From positions 744,679 to 808,678 of the forward strand of contig JBFWJC010000001.1 in assembly GCA_050253415.1 (NCBI GenBank): 64,000 bases of DNA, read 5' to 3'. Positions 48,584 to 57,629 of the stretch are shown here, piece after piece. Numbering within the stretch: position 1 is the stretch's first letter; the number at the start of each line of letters is the position of its first letter. The translations under genes were made by a program, and so were the position numbers. The notes below the pieces were generated by a model, which searched no databases, was not told where the DNA came from, and worked only from the letters and a program-made list of their open reading frames with translations. Origin of the DNA: Pedobacter sp. Lineage in GTDB: Bacteria; Desulfobacterota; Desulfuromonadia; Desulfuromonadales; Syntrophotaleaceae.

Positions 48584-50023
48584 ATGTCTTATGCCTGGCT
48601 TGAGGATCTGTTCTGGCTGCTGCTGATAAGTTACGGTCTGCTGACGGCGCTGCATGCCTTGCTCTACAAACGCGATCCGCGGGCCGCTCTCGGCTGGATT
48701 GTGACCTCTCTGGCGGTACCCGGTGTCGGGCCGTTGTTTTACTGGCTGCTCGGTGTTAATCGCATTCGTGCGCGGGGGCGCGGTTGGCAGGAGGGGGGAA
48801 ACGGGCTGCCACTGCGGGGCGCGCCGGTTTGCGTGTGGTCGGCGGAGCTGGCGGCTTCCGGTCTTCCGTTCCGTGATGAATGGTATGCGCCTTACCTGAC
48901 TCTGGCGGACACCGTAACCCGACGTCCGCTGCTCGGTGGCAACGCGGTCGAAATCCTGGTCAACGGGGATGCGGCGTACCCCGCCATGCTTGAGGCGATT
49001 AACGCCGCCCGCCAGACGATCTACCTTTCCAGTTATATCTTTGAGAGCAATACTACCGGACGCCGGTTTGTCGAGGCCCTTAGCCAGGCGGTGGAACGGG
49101 GGGTGGAGGTCCGGGTATTGGTCGATGCCCTCGGCGAGTGTTATTCCAGGCCTCCCATCGGTCGATTGTTAACCCGCAGCAGGGTGCCCGTAGCACGGTT
49201 TTTACCCTTTTCCCTGGGCGACCGCGGGTTGCATTTTAATCTGCGAAATCACCGTAAGTTGCTGGTGGTGGATGGTCATCTGGGATTTACCGGCGGGATG
49301 AACATCGGTGACAGACATTTGCTTGAGACCGCAGCCGACGGTGGCGTAAGGGATCTGCATTTTCGCATCGAGGGGCCGGCGGTCGGACAGATGCAGGATG
49401 CTTTTTGTGAAGACTGGGGGTTTGCAACGGGGGAACACCTGGCAGGGAGCCGGCCGACCCTTGAACATTACGGTTCGGCCATGTGTCGCGGGATCAGCGC
49501 CGGTCCCAACGAAGACTTTGAAAAGCTGTACTGGTTACTGACGGGGGTGTTGGCCGTTGCGCGGCAGCGGGTCTGCATCATGACGCCTTATTTTATCCCC
49601 GACCGTCAACTTGTCATGGCTTTGAATACTGCAGTCCTGCGGGGGGTGAAGGTCGATTTGCTGCTGCCGGAACGCAATAATCTGCCGCTGGTGCAGTGGG
49701 CGAGCCGTGCTTATTTCTGGGAGTTGCTGCAGTACGGGGTGGGTATTTATTTGCAACCTCCGCCCTTCGACCATAGCAAACTGCTGTTGGTTGATGATCT
49801 CTACAGCCTGGTCGGTTCCGCCAATCTCGATCCCCGCAGCCTGCGCCTGAATTTCGAGTTTAATCTCGAGGTCTACGATTCAGCCCTCAATGCCCGGCTT
49901 GCCGCTCATTTCAATGCTTGCCGCAGCGGTGCACGCCCTGTAACCCAGGACGAGATGGACGGTCGGTCTCTGCCGGTCAAGATGCGCGATGCCACGGCGA
50001 AACTGCTGTCACCCTATCTTTGA
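48584..50023 (+). CDS. cls: Cardiolipin synthase
   Basis: Two N-terminal TM segments; two HKD motifs NHRKLLVVDG and HSKLLLVDD; GSANLD.RS. Confidence 0.93.
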   Translation: MSYAWLEDLFWLLLISYGLLTALHALLYKRDPRAALGWIVTSLAVPGVGPLFYWLLGVNRIRARGRGWQEGGNGLPLRGAPVCVWSAELAASGLPFRDEWYAPYLTLADTVTRRPLLGGNAVEILVNGDAAYPAMLEAINAARQTIYLSSYIFESNTTGRRFVEALSQAVERGVEVRVLVDALGECYSRPPIGRLLTRSRVPVARFLPFSLGDRGLHFNLRNHRKLLVVDGHLGFTGGMNIGDRHLLETAADGGVRDLHFRIEGPAVGQMQDAFCEDWGFATGEHLAGSRPTLEHYGSAMCRGISAGPNEDFEKLYWLLTGVLAVARQRVCIMTPYFIPDRQLVMALNTAVLRGVKVDLLLPERNNLPLVQWASRAYFWELLQYGVGIYLQPPPFDHSKLLLVDDLYSLVGSANLDPRSLRLNFEFNLEVYDSALNARLAAHFNACRSGARPVTQDEMDGRSLPVKMRDATAKLLSPYL

Positions 50024-50024
50024 G

Positions 50025-50154
50025 GATCCGTGACAGGTGATTAGTGATTGGTTGTTTGGCGAATCGATTGGCGGGGTGGGATTGTATCTGTGATCGGGAG
50101 TTGCGAATGGGGCAAGCATGACTTTAACCAGTCACTAATCACTAATCACGGATC
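50025..50154. repeat. Inverted repeat with 7-nt-periodic arms (GTGATTA units)
   Basis: GATCCGTGACAGGTGATTAGTGATTGGTT (50025-50053) vs AACCAGTCACTAATCACTAATCACGGATC (50126-50154). Confidence 0.82.
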
Positions 50155-50201
50155 TTCCTCGCCCCTGCCTGTAAGCAGGAGCGAGGAAGATCCAGTTTTT
50201 T
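50150..50201 (+). terminator. Long stem-loop terminator between convergent genes
   Basis: GGATCTTCCTCGC...GCGAGGAAGATCC followed by a T run. Confidence 0.7.
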
Positions 50202-50607
50202 ACTTGAGACCCTTGGCGTTCAAAAAGGGACTGTACTGCATGTCGCTGCCCTTGATATGGCTGCGCAGCCAGTCTCCAAGGAAGTTCATGACCGAAACGG
50301 ACAGGCCGAGCCGACCTTCGTCAAACCCCTGCTTGAATTCGCCGACTTTGGCGGTAAAGTCGCGGTGTTCCTGTTTGTGGGCGGCGGTTGCCGGGTAGCC
50401 GTAGCGGTCGAAATATCTTTCTTCGGTGGCAAAATGGGAGGCCGTGTAGGTTGCCAGCCCGCCGATGATTTTACCGATGACGTCTTTGCCGCGTCCTTGC
50501 ACCATGGCATCGTTGAGTTCGTTAATCATGGCGACCAGGCGCTGGTGCTGGGTGTCGATTTCAGCGATATTGACGGATAGGGTGGCGTTCCATTGGATAA
50601 GAGCCAT
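50200..50607 (-). CDS. Bacteriohemerythrin
   Basis: IDTQHQRL, HFATEE, HKQEH, WLRSHIKGSD. Confidence 0.95.
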   Translation of the reverse strand: MALIQWNATLSVNIAEIDTQHQRLVAMINELNDAMVQGRGKDVIGKIIGGLATYTASHFATEERYFDRYGYPATAAHKQEHRDFTAKVGEFKQGFDEGRLGLSVSVMNFLGDWLRSHIKGSDMQYSPFLNAKGLK

Positions 50608-50760
50608 GTGCTTCTCCTGCAGTGTGAATTAAGTTGAAATGAAACCTCGGGGAAAACGCATTTGAATCTAGACCGAAATTGTAAGGAATAGATTAGCGGT
50701 TCAGACGGAGAAGGGCAATTATTAAATTAATTGTTTCAGGTGTTTTTTACAGAGTGACCA

Positions 50761-51306
50761 TCAGTACTGGTTGAAACGACTCATAACATCGAAATCTTTG
50801 CGGGATTTCGCACGCAGGGGATAGTCCGGCGGGGCGTATCCGAGGCTGATAATCAGACCGATGCGGCGCCGACGGGGGATGTGCAGTAGCGTTTTGATGG
50901 TTTTTTCATCGAACCATCCCATCATGCAGGTAGCCAGGCCGAGCTCGGTGGCTTGCAGGCAAAAATGGGCCGCGGCGATACCGATGTCGATAAGGGGGAA
51001 CGCCCTTCGCTGAATAAGCGCTCCCACACGCATGGTCCATTTCGGTTCTTCCACAACCAGCACCGCGATGACAGGCGCCTGCGTGGCAAAGCCGTTCAGC
51101 CCGAGGGTTTTGCTGCAGGTGGCTTGAGCCACCTGGTTTTTAAGCTGCGGCTCGTCAACCAGGATCAAAGTCCAGGGCTGGGCGTTGCAGGCGGACGGTG
51201 CCAGCCGTACGGCCTCAATCAGTTGTTGCAGCTTTTGTGCTTCAACGGGTGTGTCGCGGTATTTGCGAACGCTCTGGCGGTTCAAGAGCAATTGCGAAAA
51301 GTCCAT
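50761..51306 (-). CDS. Nitroreductase family protein
   Basis: RQSVRKY, APSACNAQPW, DIGIA, GLATC. Confidence 0.93.
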   Translation of the reverse strand: MDFSQLLLNRQSVRKYRDTPVEAQKLQQLIEAVRLAPSACNAQPWTLILVDEPQLKNQVAQATCSKTLGLNGFATQAPVIAVLVVEEPKWTMRVGALIQRRAFPLIDIGIAAAHFCLQATELGLATCMMGWFDEKTIKTLLHIPRRRRIGLIISLGYAPPDYPLRAKSRKDFDVMSRFNQY

Positions 51307-51340
51307 GATTTTATCCTGTGAACATCGGCTGGAGCAGGGG

Positions 51341-51634
51341 TTATGAACGTCCGCCCCAGACCGGATCCTCTTCAAATTGCCGGCGGACCCGTTCCTCCGG
51401 GCATTGTTCGTAAAAGGTGTCCTCGTCAAAGCTGAAACGGTAATGGCGAGTGTATTCCAGCAGCAAGCGGTAGGCTTCATTCAATTGCCGGATGGCCTTC
51501 CCATCCCCCTGGTTTCCGGCGTCCGGGTGGTAACGTTTGGCCAGTTCCCGGTGGCGGGTCTTGATCTCCCGCAGGGATGCCTGCTCCTCCAGTCCGAATA
51601 CCTTCAATGCTTGCTGTAATTCCTGATAGGTCAT
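51341..51634 (-). CDS. Small J-domain (DnaJ-like) protein
   Basis: EIKTRHRELAKRYHPD...LNEAY. Confidence 0.9.
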   Translation of the reverse strand: MTYQELQQALKVFGLEEQASLREIKTRHRELAKRYHPDAGNQGDGKAIRQLNEAYRLLLEYTRHYRFSFDEDTFYEQCPEERVRRQFEEDPVWGGRS

Positions 51635-51847
51635 AACCGGCAGCACTCCATGTTTATTCGGTTTTCGAATCCGGCATCAAAAATGTGCCGTTTTCGTTTG
51701 TTCGATGATAGCATGAAACCCAGAGGTTGTGTTTTGTCCAGCCCGATTACCTATTCTTACGCCAGGTCCTCATTTTCCCGATCCGCTTTCATGGGGCAAC
51801 CTGGCCGCATTGACCACCTGTCACGAAAACTCAGGATAGGGTTGAAG

Positions 51848-53212
51848 ATGCCATCCACAATGCAAAAATTTATCTCTACCGTGCTCGGCGGGGTTTTTTT
51901 TACCACTTGTCTGCTGGCATGCGATGGTGCTAGGCGGACAGGTCAGACAAGTGTTCCCGCTTCGGCCCAGCGATCCGGAACAAAAAACATCATCGTGATG
52001 ATCTGCGACGGCATGGGCTATAACCACTATCAGGCCGCCAGCCTGTTCCTCTATGGCGAGCCGGACGGGCAGACCTACAACGCTTTTCCTGTGCGTGTCG
52101 GGATGAGTACCTTCCCGGCGGGGGGCCAGTACGATCCGGCCGGGGTCTGGGCTGATTTCGATGGGGTCACCCAGGGGGCTACTGACTCTGCGGCCGCAGC
52201 TACCGCCATGGCGACCGGCCGCAAGACCTACCGATATGCCGTCGGTGTGGACACCGGGCGCCGGGACCTGCGCAACGTGGTCGAAGTGGCGGAGAAGACC
52301 GGGCGGGCCACAGGGGTTATCACCAGCGTGCCGTTCAGCCATGCCACCCCCGCCGCTTTTGTGGTGCATAGTCCGACGCGGAACAACTACGAAGAAATTG
52401 CCCGGGACATGCTCGAAGAAAGTGGCCTGGAGGTGCTGATGGGATGCGGCCATCCCTGGTATGACGATGACGGCCGCAGACAGGAACCGTCGTCTTCGTA
52501 CCGCTACATCGGAGGGGAAAAGACCTGGAAGGCTCTGCAGCAAGGGACTCTGGGCAATGATTGCGATGGCGACGGTATAAATGATCCATGGGTTCTGATC
52601 CAGGATCGTCAGTCTTTCGTAAAGCTTGCCGAGGGCGAAACCCCCAAGCGCATTGTTGGTATCGCGAAAGTCGCCCAGACTCTGCAACAGAAACGCGCCG
52701 CTGGCGGATCCGATACGGCTTTTTCGCAACCTTTCATCGAGTCGGTACCGACTCTGGTAGAGATGACCGGCGCTGCCTTGAACGTACTGGATGACGATCC
52801 GGACGGCTTCTTTCTGATGGTGGAGGGCGGCGCCATCGATTGGGCCAGTCACGCCAATCAGAGCGGGCGGATGATCGAAGAACAGATCGCGTTTGATCGG
52901 GCGGTGGCACGGGTCATCGAGTGGGTGGAAACCCACAGTTCGTGGAAGGAGACGCTGCTGATCGTCACGGCCGACCATGAATGCGGCTTTCTCAACGGGG
53001 CCGGTCCGGTCAACCGGGGGATGTTGAGACAACCGGCTATGCAATGGCAAAGCCGTGGGCACACCAACGCCCTGGTGCCTCTGTTCGCAAAGGGCGCGGG
53101 GGCGGAATTGTTCAAAAACTATTACCAGCCCGAAGTCGATCCGGTTCGCGGACGCTATGTGGACAACGTTGCTGTCGGTCAACTGATCATGTCATTGCTG
53201 GCCAACCGCTAA
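51848..53212 (+). CDS. Alkaline phosphatase (PhoA family), probable lipoprotein; start could be 51860
   Basis: DGMG, TDSAAAATAMATG, HATPA, VEGGAIDWASH, TADHE; lipobox LLAC. Confidence 0.92.
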   Translation: MPSTMQKFISTVLGGVFFTTCLLACDGARRTGQTSVPASAQRSGTKNIIVMICDGMGYNHYQAASLFLYGEPDGQTYNAFPVRVGMSTFPAGGQYDPAGVWADFDGVTQGATDSAAAATAMATGRKTYRYAVGVDTGRRDLRNVVEVAEKTGRATGVITSVPFSHATPAAFVVHSPTRNNYEEIARDMLEESGLEVLMGCGHPWYDDDGRRQEPSSSYRYIGGEKTWKALQQGTLGNDCDGDGINDPWVLIQDRQSFVKLAEGETPKRIVGIAKVAQTLQQKRAAGGSDTAFSQPFIESVPTLVEMTGAALNVLDDDPDGFFLMVEGGAIDWASHANQSGRMIEEQIAFDRAVARVIEWVETHSSWKETLLIVTADHECGFLNGAGPVNRGMLRQPAMQWQSRGHTNALVPLFAKGAGAELFKNYYQPEVDPVRGRYVDNVAVGQLIMSLLANR

Positions 53213-53282
53213 GACCAATGCGTCCTATGCCTCAGGCCTGGATATGAATCAAGTTTGCACGATTTTATGCACGGCCCGTTTA

Positions 53283-53390
53283 TTGACACGCGTGTCGGGC
53301 CCATGCCATAGTTCTAGGGCAGCCACAATGACGTGATTGTAATTATTGGCAACGAGGCCTGCAGGGGAGATCCCCCCGCAGGCTTTTTTT
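53283..53390 (+). promoter_or_regulatory. Sigma-70-like promoter, dual-hexaloop ANTAR-type motif and overlapping terminator
   Basis: TTGACA-N18-CATAGT; CAC-AATGAC-GTG (53324-53335) and GGC-AACGAG-GCC (53348-53359); terminator GCCTGC...GCAGGC-T7 (53357-53390). Confidence 0.75.
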
Positions 53391-53418
53391 ATCTGTTCAC
53401 AACAATCTTGGAGGGACG

Positions 53419-53829
53419 ATGGCCACGGTGATTTTTTGGGAAAAACCGGGATGTAAAGGAAATGCTCGCCAAAAGGAAATATTGCTGGCTTCCGGGCATG
53501 AACTGGAGGTGCGCGATCTGCTGACCGAACCTTGGACAAAGGAACGCCTCGCTCGGTTTTTCGGTGCTCGGCCGGTGGCGGAATGGTTCAACATGACCAA
53601 CCCCCAGGTTAAAGCAGGGGAAATCGTACCCGCCAAGGTGACACCCGAAGAGGCTTTGACCATGATGGTGGCCGAGCCGTTGTTGATCGGTCGTCCGTTG
53701 ATGCAGGTCGGCGAGGAGCGGCTTGCCGGGTTTGATGTTGAGAGGGTTCACAACTGGATCGGCTTGAAGTCCGACACGGTCGGAAACCGGGATCCGAGCA
53801 TCTGTCCCTGTGTTACCAGCCAGGGGTAG
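53419..53829 (+). CDS. ArsC/Spx-family nitrogenase-associated protein
   Basis: FWEKPGCKGNARQK..L.ASGH, DLL..PW, EWFN, PLLIGRPLM. Confidence 0.85.
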   Translation: MATVIFWEKPGCKGNARQKEILLASGHELEVRDLLTEPWTKERLARFFGARPVAEWFNMTNPQVKAGEIVPAKVTPEEALTMMVAEPLLIGRPLMQVGEERLAGFDVERVHNWIGLKSDTVGNRDPSICPCVTSQG

Positions 53830-54092
53830 GCTGGTCGCAAGCGCAGGTCGGGAGTAATAGATCCTGCAATAGTAAGATTTTTGCTGCTTCGTCCCGCAAA
53901 TTATGGTGAACTGAAGCCAGCCCCTGACAAGGCGTGATGTCATTGGCCTTCTTAATCCGATGGCAAGTAAAATATTACAGTTCTGCAGGAGTCCGAAGTT
54001 GCATGGACCGCCGAACAAGGTGGCTGCATGCTGAAGGTTCCTGCTGTTTCCCTGAGTTTGAATCGTTAAATATTCAACAGAATTGGTATGAA

Positions 54093-54551
54093 ATGAAAAT
54101 ATGGGTAGATGCCGATGCATGCCCGGCGGTGATTAAAGAGATATTGTTTCGGGCGGCAGAGCGTACCGGATTGCAAATGATGCTTGTAGCAAATCACTCC
54201 ATGCGTATTCCACCGTCACGGTATATTCAGTTCCTGCAAGTCGCATCCGGTTTCGATGTCGCGGACAATGAGATCGTCAAGCGGCTGGATGCCGGTGACC
54301 TTGTCATCACGGCGGATATCCCCCTGGCCGCCGAGGTGATTGAAAAAGGCGGGCATGCGCTCAATCCTCGCGGCGAACTTTATACCGTCGACAATATTAG
54401 GGAACGCCTGGTTATGCGGGATTTTATGGATACGCTGCGTGCCAGTGGTATCGATACCGGGGGGCCCGCGCCGTTAAACCAAAGCGACCGGAAATATTTT
54501 GCCAATCAACTGGATGCGTTTCTGACCAAGCACGCAAGCCAGCGTGGATAA
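54093..54551 (+). CDS. YaiI/YqxD (UPF0178) family protein
   Basis: [29 protein letters not shown]. Confidence 0.95.
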   Translation: MKIWVDADACPAVIKEILFRAAERTGLQMMLVANHSMRIPPSRYIQFLQVASGFDVADNEIVKRLDAGDLVITADIPLAAEVIEKGGHALNPRGELYTVDNIRERLVMRDFMDTLRASGIDTGGPAPLNQSDRKYFANQLDAFLTKHASQRG

Positions 54552-54771
54552 GGCAAGTTTGACGGTTTTCTGTGACGGGGTTATGGAGGTCGGATTTAAG
54601 CGTACAACGAGCTGTGGCCGTCTTGACGGTGCGTTCTGACGTGGTAGGGTTAAATTTATTTCAGACGGATTCCTGTGGCGATTGCCCCCTGTAAATTTTA
54701 GCCGAGGGGTTTGGCGAAGGTCAGCCATTTAAGCAGCCATAGAGGAGTAAATAACCCAGGAGGATGAAACC

Positions 54772-55821
54772 ATGATCGAGCGCATCGGTGCATTGTTGGG
54801 GGAAGAAAAAGCCCTTCTTGAATATTCCTGTACGGGTATCGACCGGCAGCGTTTGCAGCTGCCGGGGCCCGATTTCATCGAACGTGTGGTGTTGCCTTCG
54901 GATCGTTCGGTGGCCACCTTGCGCAATCTGGGGTTGTTATTCAACACGGGCCGGTTGGCCGGTACCGGTTACCTGTCGATCCTGCCTGTAGATCAAGGGG
55001 TGGAGCATTCCGGCGGAGCCTCCTTTGCCCCGAATCCCGATTACTTTGATCCGGCAAAGATTGTCGAACTGGCTATCGAGGGGGGCTGTAACGCGGTTGC
55101 CTCCACCGCCGGCGTGCTCGGCGCTGTGGCCCGCCGTTATGCGCACCGGATTCCGTTTATTCTCAAGGTTAACCACAACGAACTTCTCACCTACCCCAAT
55201 ACCTACGATCAGGTGCTGTTTTCCAGTGCGGATCGGGCTTTCGACATGGGCGCGGTGGGTGTCGGTGCGACCATCTATTTCGGTTCGCCGGAATCCCATC
55301 GGCAGATCGTGGAAATCGCCAACCTTTTCCAGCGGGCCCATGAGCTGGGCATGTTCACGGTCTTGTGGTGCTATCTGCGCAACTCCGCGTTCAAGCGGGA
55401 CAAGGATTACCATGCCTCCGCCGACCTCACCGGGCAGGCCAACCATCTGGGCGTGACGCTGCAGGCGGATATCATCAAGCAGAAACAGCCTGAGTGCAAC
55501 GGCGGCTACCCTGCCATCGAATTCGGCAAGACCCACAAGCGCATCTACGGCGATCTGGTTCCGGATCATCCCATCGAATGGACCCGCTACCAGGTCGCCA
55601 ACTGTTACATGGGGCGGGCCGGCTTGATCAACTCCGGCGGGGCTTCAAAAGGTCATGACGATCTGGCCCAGGCGGTGCGCACGGCGGTGATCAACAAGCG
55701 CGCCGGCGGCACGGGACTCATCAGTGGCCGCAAGGCCTTTCAGAAGCCGATGAAGGAAGGCGTGGAGTTGCTGAACGCCATTCAGGATGTTTATCTGTGC
55801 CCGGAGGTGACCATCGCCTGA
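54772..55821 (+). CDS. fbaB: Class I fructose-bisphosphate aldolase
   Basis: [42 protein letters not shown]. Confidence 0.96.
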   Translation: MIERIGALLGEEKALLEYSCTGIDRQRLQLPGPDFIERVVLPSDRSVATLRNLGLLFNTGRLAGTGYLSILPVDQGVEHSGGASFAPNPDYFDPAKIVELAIEGGCNAVASTAGVLGAVARRYAHRIPFILKVNHNELLTYPNTYDQVLFSSADRAFDMGAVGVGATIYFGSPESHRQIVEIANLFQRAHELGMFTVLWCYLRNSAFKRDKDYHASADLTGQANHLGVTLQADIIKQKQPECNGGYPAIEFGKTHKRIYGDLVPDHPIEWTRYQVANCYMGRAGLINSGGASKGHDDLAQAVRTAVINKRAGGTGLISGRKAFQKPMKEGVELLNAIQDVYLCPEVTIA

Positions 55822-55889
55822 CCATTTCGAACGGTTGCAAAGCTGATCGTTGGGGCTTCCGGATTGGCGATCCGGGTTGGAGGAACAGC

Positions 55890-57209
55890 ATGGGACATCT
55901 GGTCGGCAAGGATCTTTATCGCAAGCTCGGCAAGAAAATCGACAACCTTACCGTTCGTGCGCCCTGGAACGATACCCTCTACGCCATCCTCAAACAACTT
56001 TACTCGGATGAGGAAGCCGAGCTGGTGGTCCGGATGCCTTATTCGCTGGCCAGCCTGGAGCGTATCGCGCAACTCACCGGCTGGCCGGTGAAGCGTCTGC
56101 GATCTCTGCTCGAAGGGTTGTGCGATAAGGGGCTGGTTCTTGATCTGTGGGTTAACGGAGAGTATTGCTATATGCCGTCGCCCATGGTGATCGGTATCTT
56201 CGAGTTCACCCTGATGCGGACCGGTTCGGATCTCGACACTCCTGAACTGGCCAAGCTTTTCCACCATTACCTGTACGATGACCAGGCTTTTGTTGCGGCC
56301 AATTTCGATGACGACAAACAGGTCTCCATCATGCGCAGCCTTCCGCACGAAGAAGCTCTGCGGGAGGGAGAGTACCTGGAGGTGTTCGATTACGAACGGG
56401 CCAGCGCCCTTATCGAAACCTCCGACAAGTTTGCCATCGGTATCTGCAGCTGCCGCCACGAAAAGCTGCATGCCGCCACGAAGGAGTGCGACGTTCCGCT
56501 TGAGAGTTGTACGACCTTCGGTTTCGGCGCCGATTATCTCATCCGCCATAACCTTGCCAGGGAGGTCTCCCGCTCGGAGATGCGCGACCATTTTGCCCGT
56601 TCCCGGGATATGGGGCTGGTGCTTAATGCTGACAATGTTAAACGGAACATGGCCTTCGTCTGCCACTGCTGCAAGTGTTGTTGCAACCCCCTGCTCGGCA
56701 TCCGCCGGTTGGGCTATCCTCACTGCGTGGTCACTTCGAGTTTTATTGCCACCATCGACGCCACTACCTGTATCGGCTGCGGCCGCTGCGCCAAGGCCTG
56801 CCCTATCGAGACGATTTCCCTGACGCCGGTTGCAACCGATACTTCGCAGGGCAAAACCAGGCAGATTGCGGTCGTCGACAACGCCATCTGCCTCGGGTGC
56901 GGGGTCTGTGCCCTCAAATGCAAACCGGGCGCCTGTCGCCTGACCAAACGCTCACAGCGGGTCATCCATCCCGAAACCACCTTCGAGCGCATCATGCTGC
57001 AATGTCTGGAGCGGGGGACTCTGCAAAACCAGATCTTTGACGATCCCCAGAGTCTGAATCACAAGTTCATGCGCGGTTTCGTCGGCGGTTTCCTGAAACT
57101 GCCGCCGGTCAAAAAAGCCCTCATGAGCGATGCCTTGCGCTCGCGCTTTCTCGACGCTATGAAACAGGGGGCGGCCAAGCAGGGCAAGGGGTGGTTGTCC
57201 GAGATGTAA
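55890..57209 (+). CDS. 4Fe-4S dicluster-containing protein
   Basis: CSCRH, CHCCKCCC, CIGCGRCAKACP, CLGCGVCALKC; GGAGG RBS. Confidence 0.9.
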   Translation: MGHLVGKDLYRKLGKKIDNLTVRAPWNDTLYAILKQLYSDEEAELVVRMPYSLASLERIAQLTGWPVKRLRSLLEGLCDKGLVLDLWVNGEYCYMPSPMVIGIFEFTLMRTGSDLDTPELAKLFHHYLYDDQAFVAANFDDDKQVSIMRSLPHEEALREGEYLEVFDYERASALIETSDKFAIGICSCRHEKLHAATKECDVPLESCTTFGFGADYLIRHNLAREVSRSEMRDHFARSRDMGLVLNADNVKRNMAFVCHCCKCCCNPLLGIRRLGYPHCVVTSSFIATIDATTCIGCGRCAKACPIETISLTPVATDTSQGKTRQIAVVDNAICLGCGVCALKCKPGACRLTKRSQRVIHPETTFERIMLQCLERGTLQNQIFDDPQSLNHKFMRGFVGGFLKLPPVKKALMSDALRSRFLDAMKQGAAKQGKGWLSEM

Positions 57210-57244
57210 GGGCGGTTGAGGGGCTGTGTTGCCAGAGGAAGCGG

Positions 57245-57427
57245 ATGAAAAATCCGGACAGAGCAAAAGTTACACGACTCGATGAACTGCCAAATATTGG
57301 CAAGGCCATGGCGCAGAATCTTCGTTTGATCGGTATCGATCATCCTATGGAAGGCGGCGAACCACTGTCATGATGGTCGTTCACCGGGAAACGAAAAAAG
57401 AAGTTCTGCAAAACTCAAAGGAAATGA
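57245..57427 (+). pseudogene. Decayed helix-hairpin-helix (Cdd1/mitomycin-resistance-like) gene
   Basis: MKNPDR...LPNIGKAM...IGIDHP joined directly to MEGGEPLS-stop-WSFT; the central part appears deleted and TGA sits where Trp is expected. Confidence 0.65.
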
Positions 57428-57629
57428 GGTGCCTGACTCTGTCACCGGATATCCTTGGCAGTCTTTTATGCATCACGCCATTGGGGCGCCACGATAAATA
57501 TTCTTCCCATGGTTCTCCGTCATCTGATCTTTAACATGTTCCGGCAGGTGATAAACTGGAAACGAGACTCGCAACAGCAGGAGCGAGACCGGCTGCCTCA
57601 CAGGGCATGATCCGGAAGGGGAGGAGAGC

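Noticed and set aside
53347..53363. Sigma-54 promoter TGGCAACGAGGCCTGCA
   Set aside because: Spacing is off by one; better explained as the ANTAR hairpin and terminator.
57371..57373. Selenocysteine read-through of TGA
   Set aside because: The position corresponds to an expected Trp, the gene also has a deletion, and no SECIS-like stem is evident.
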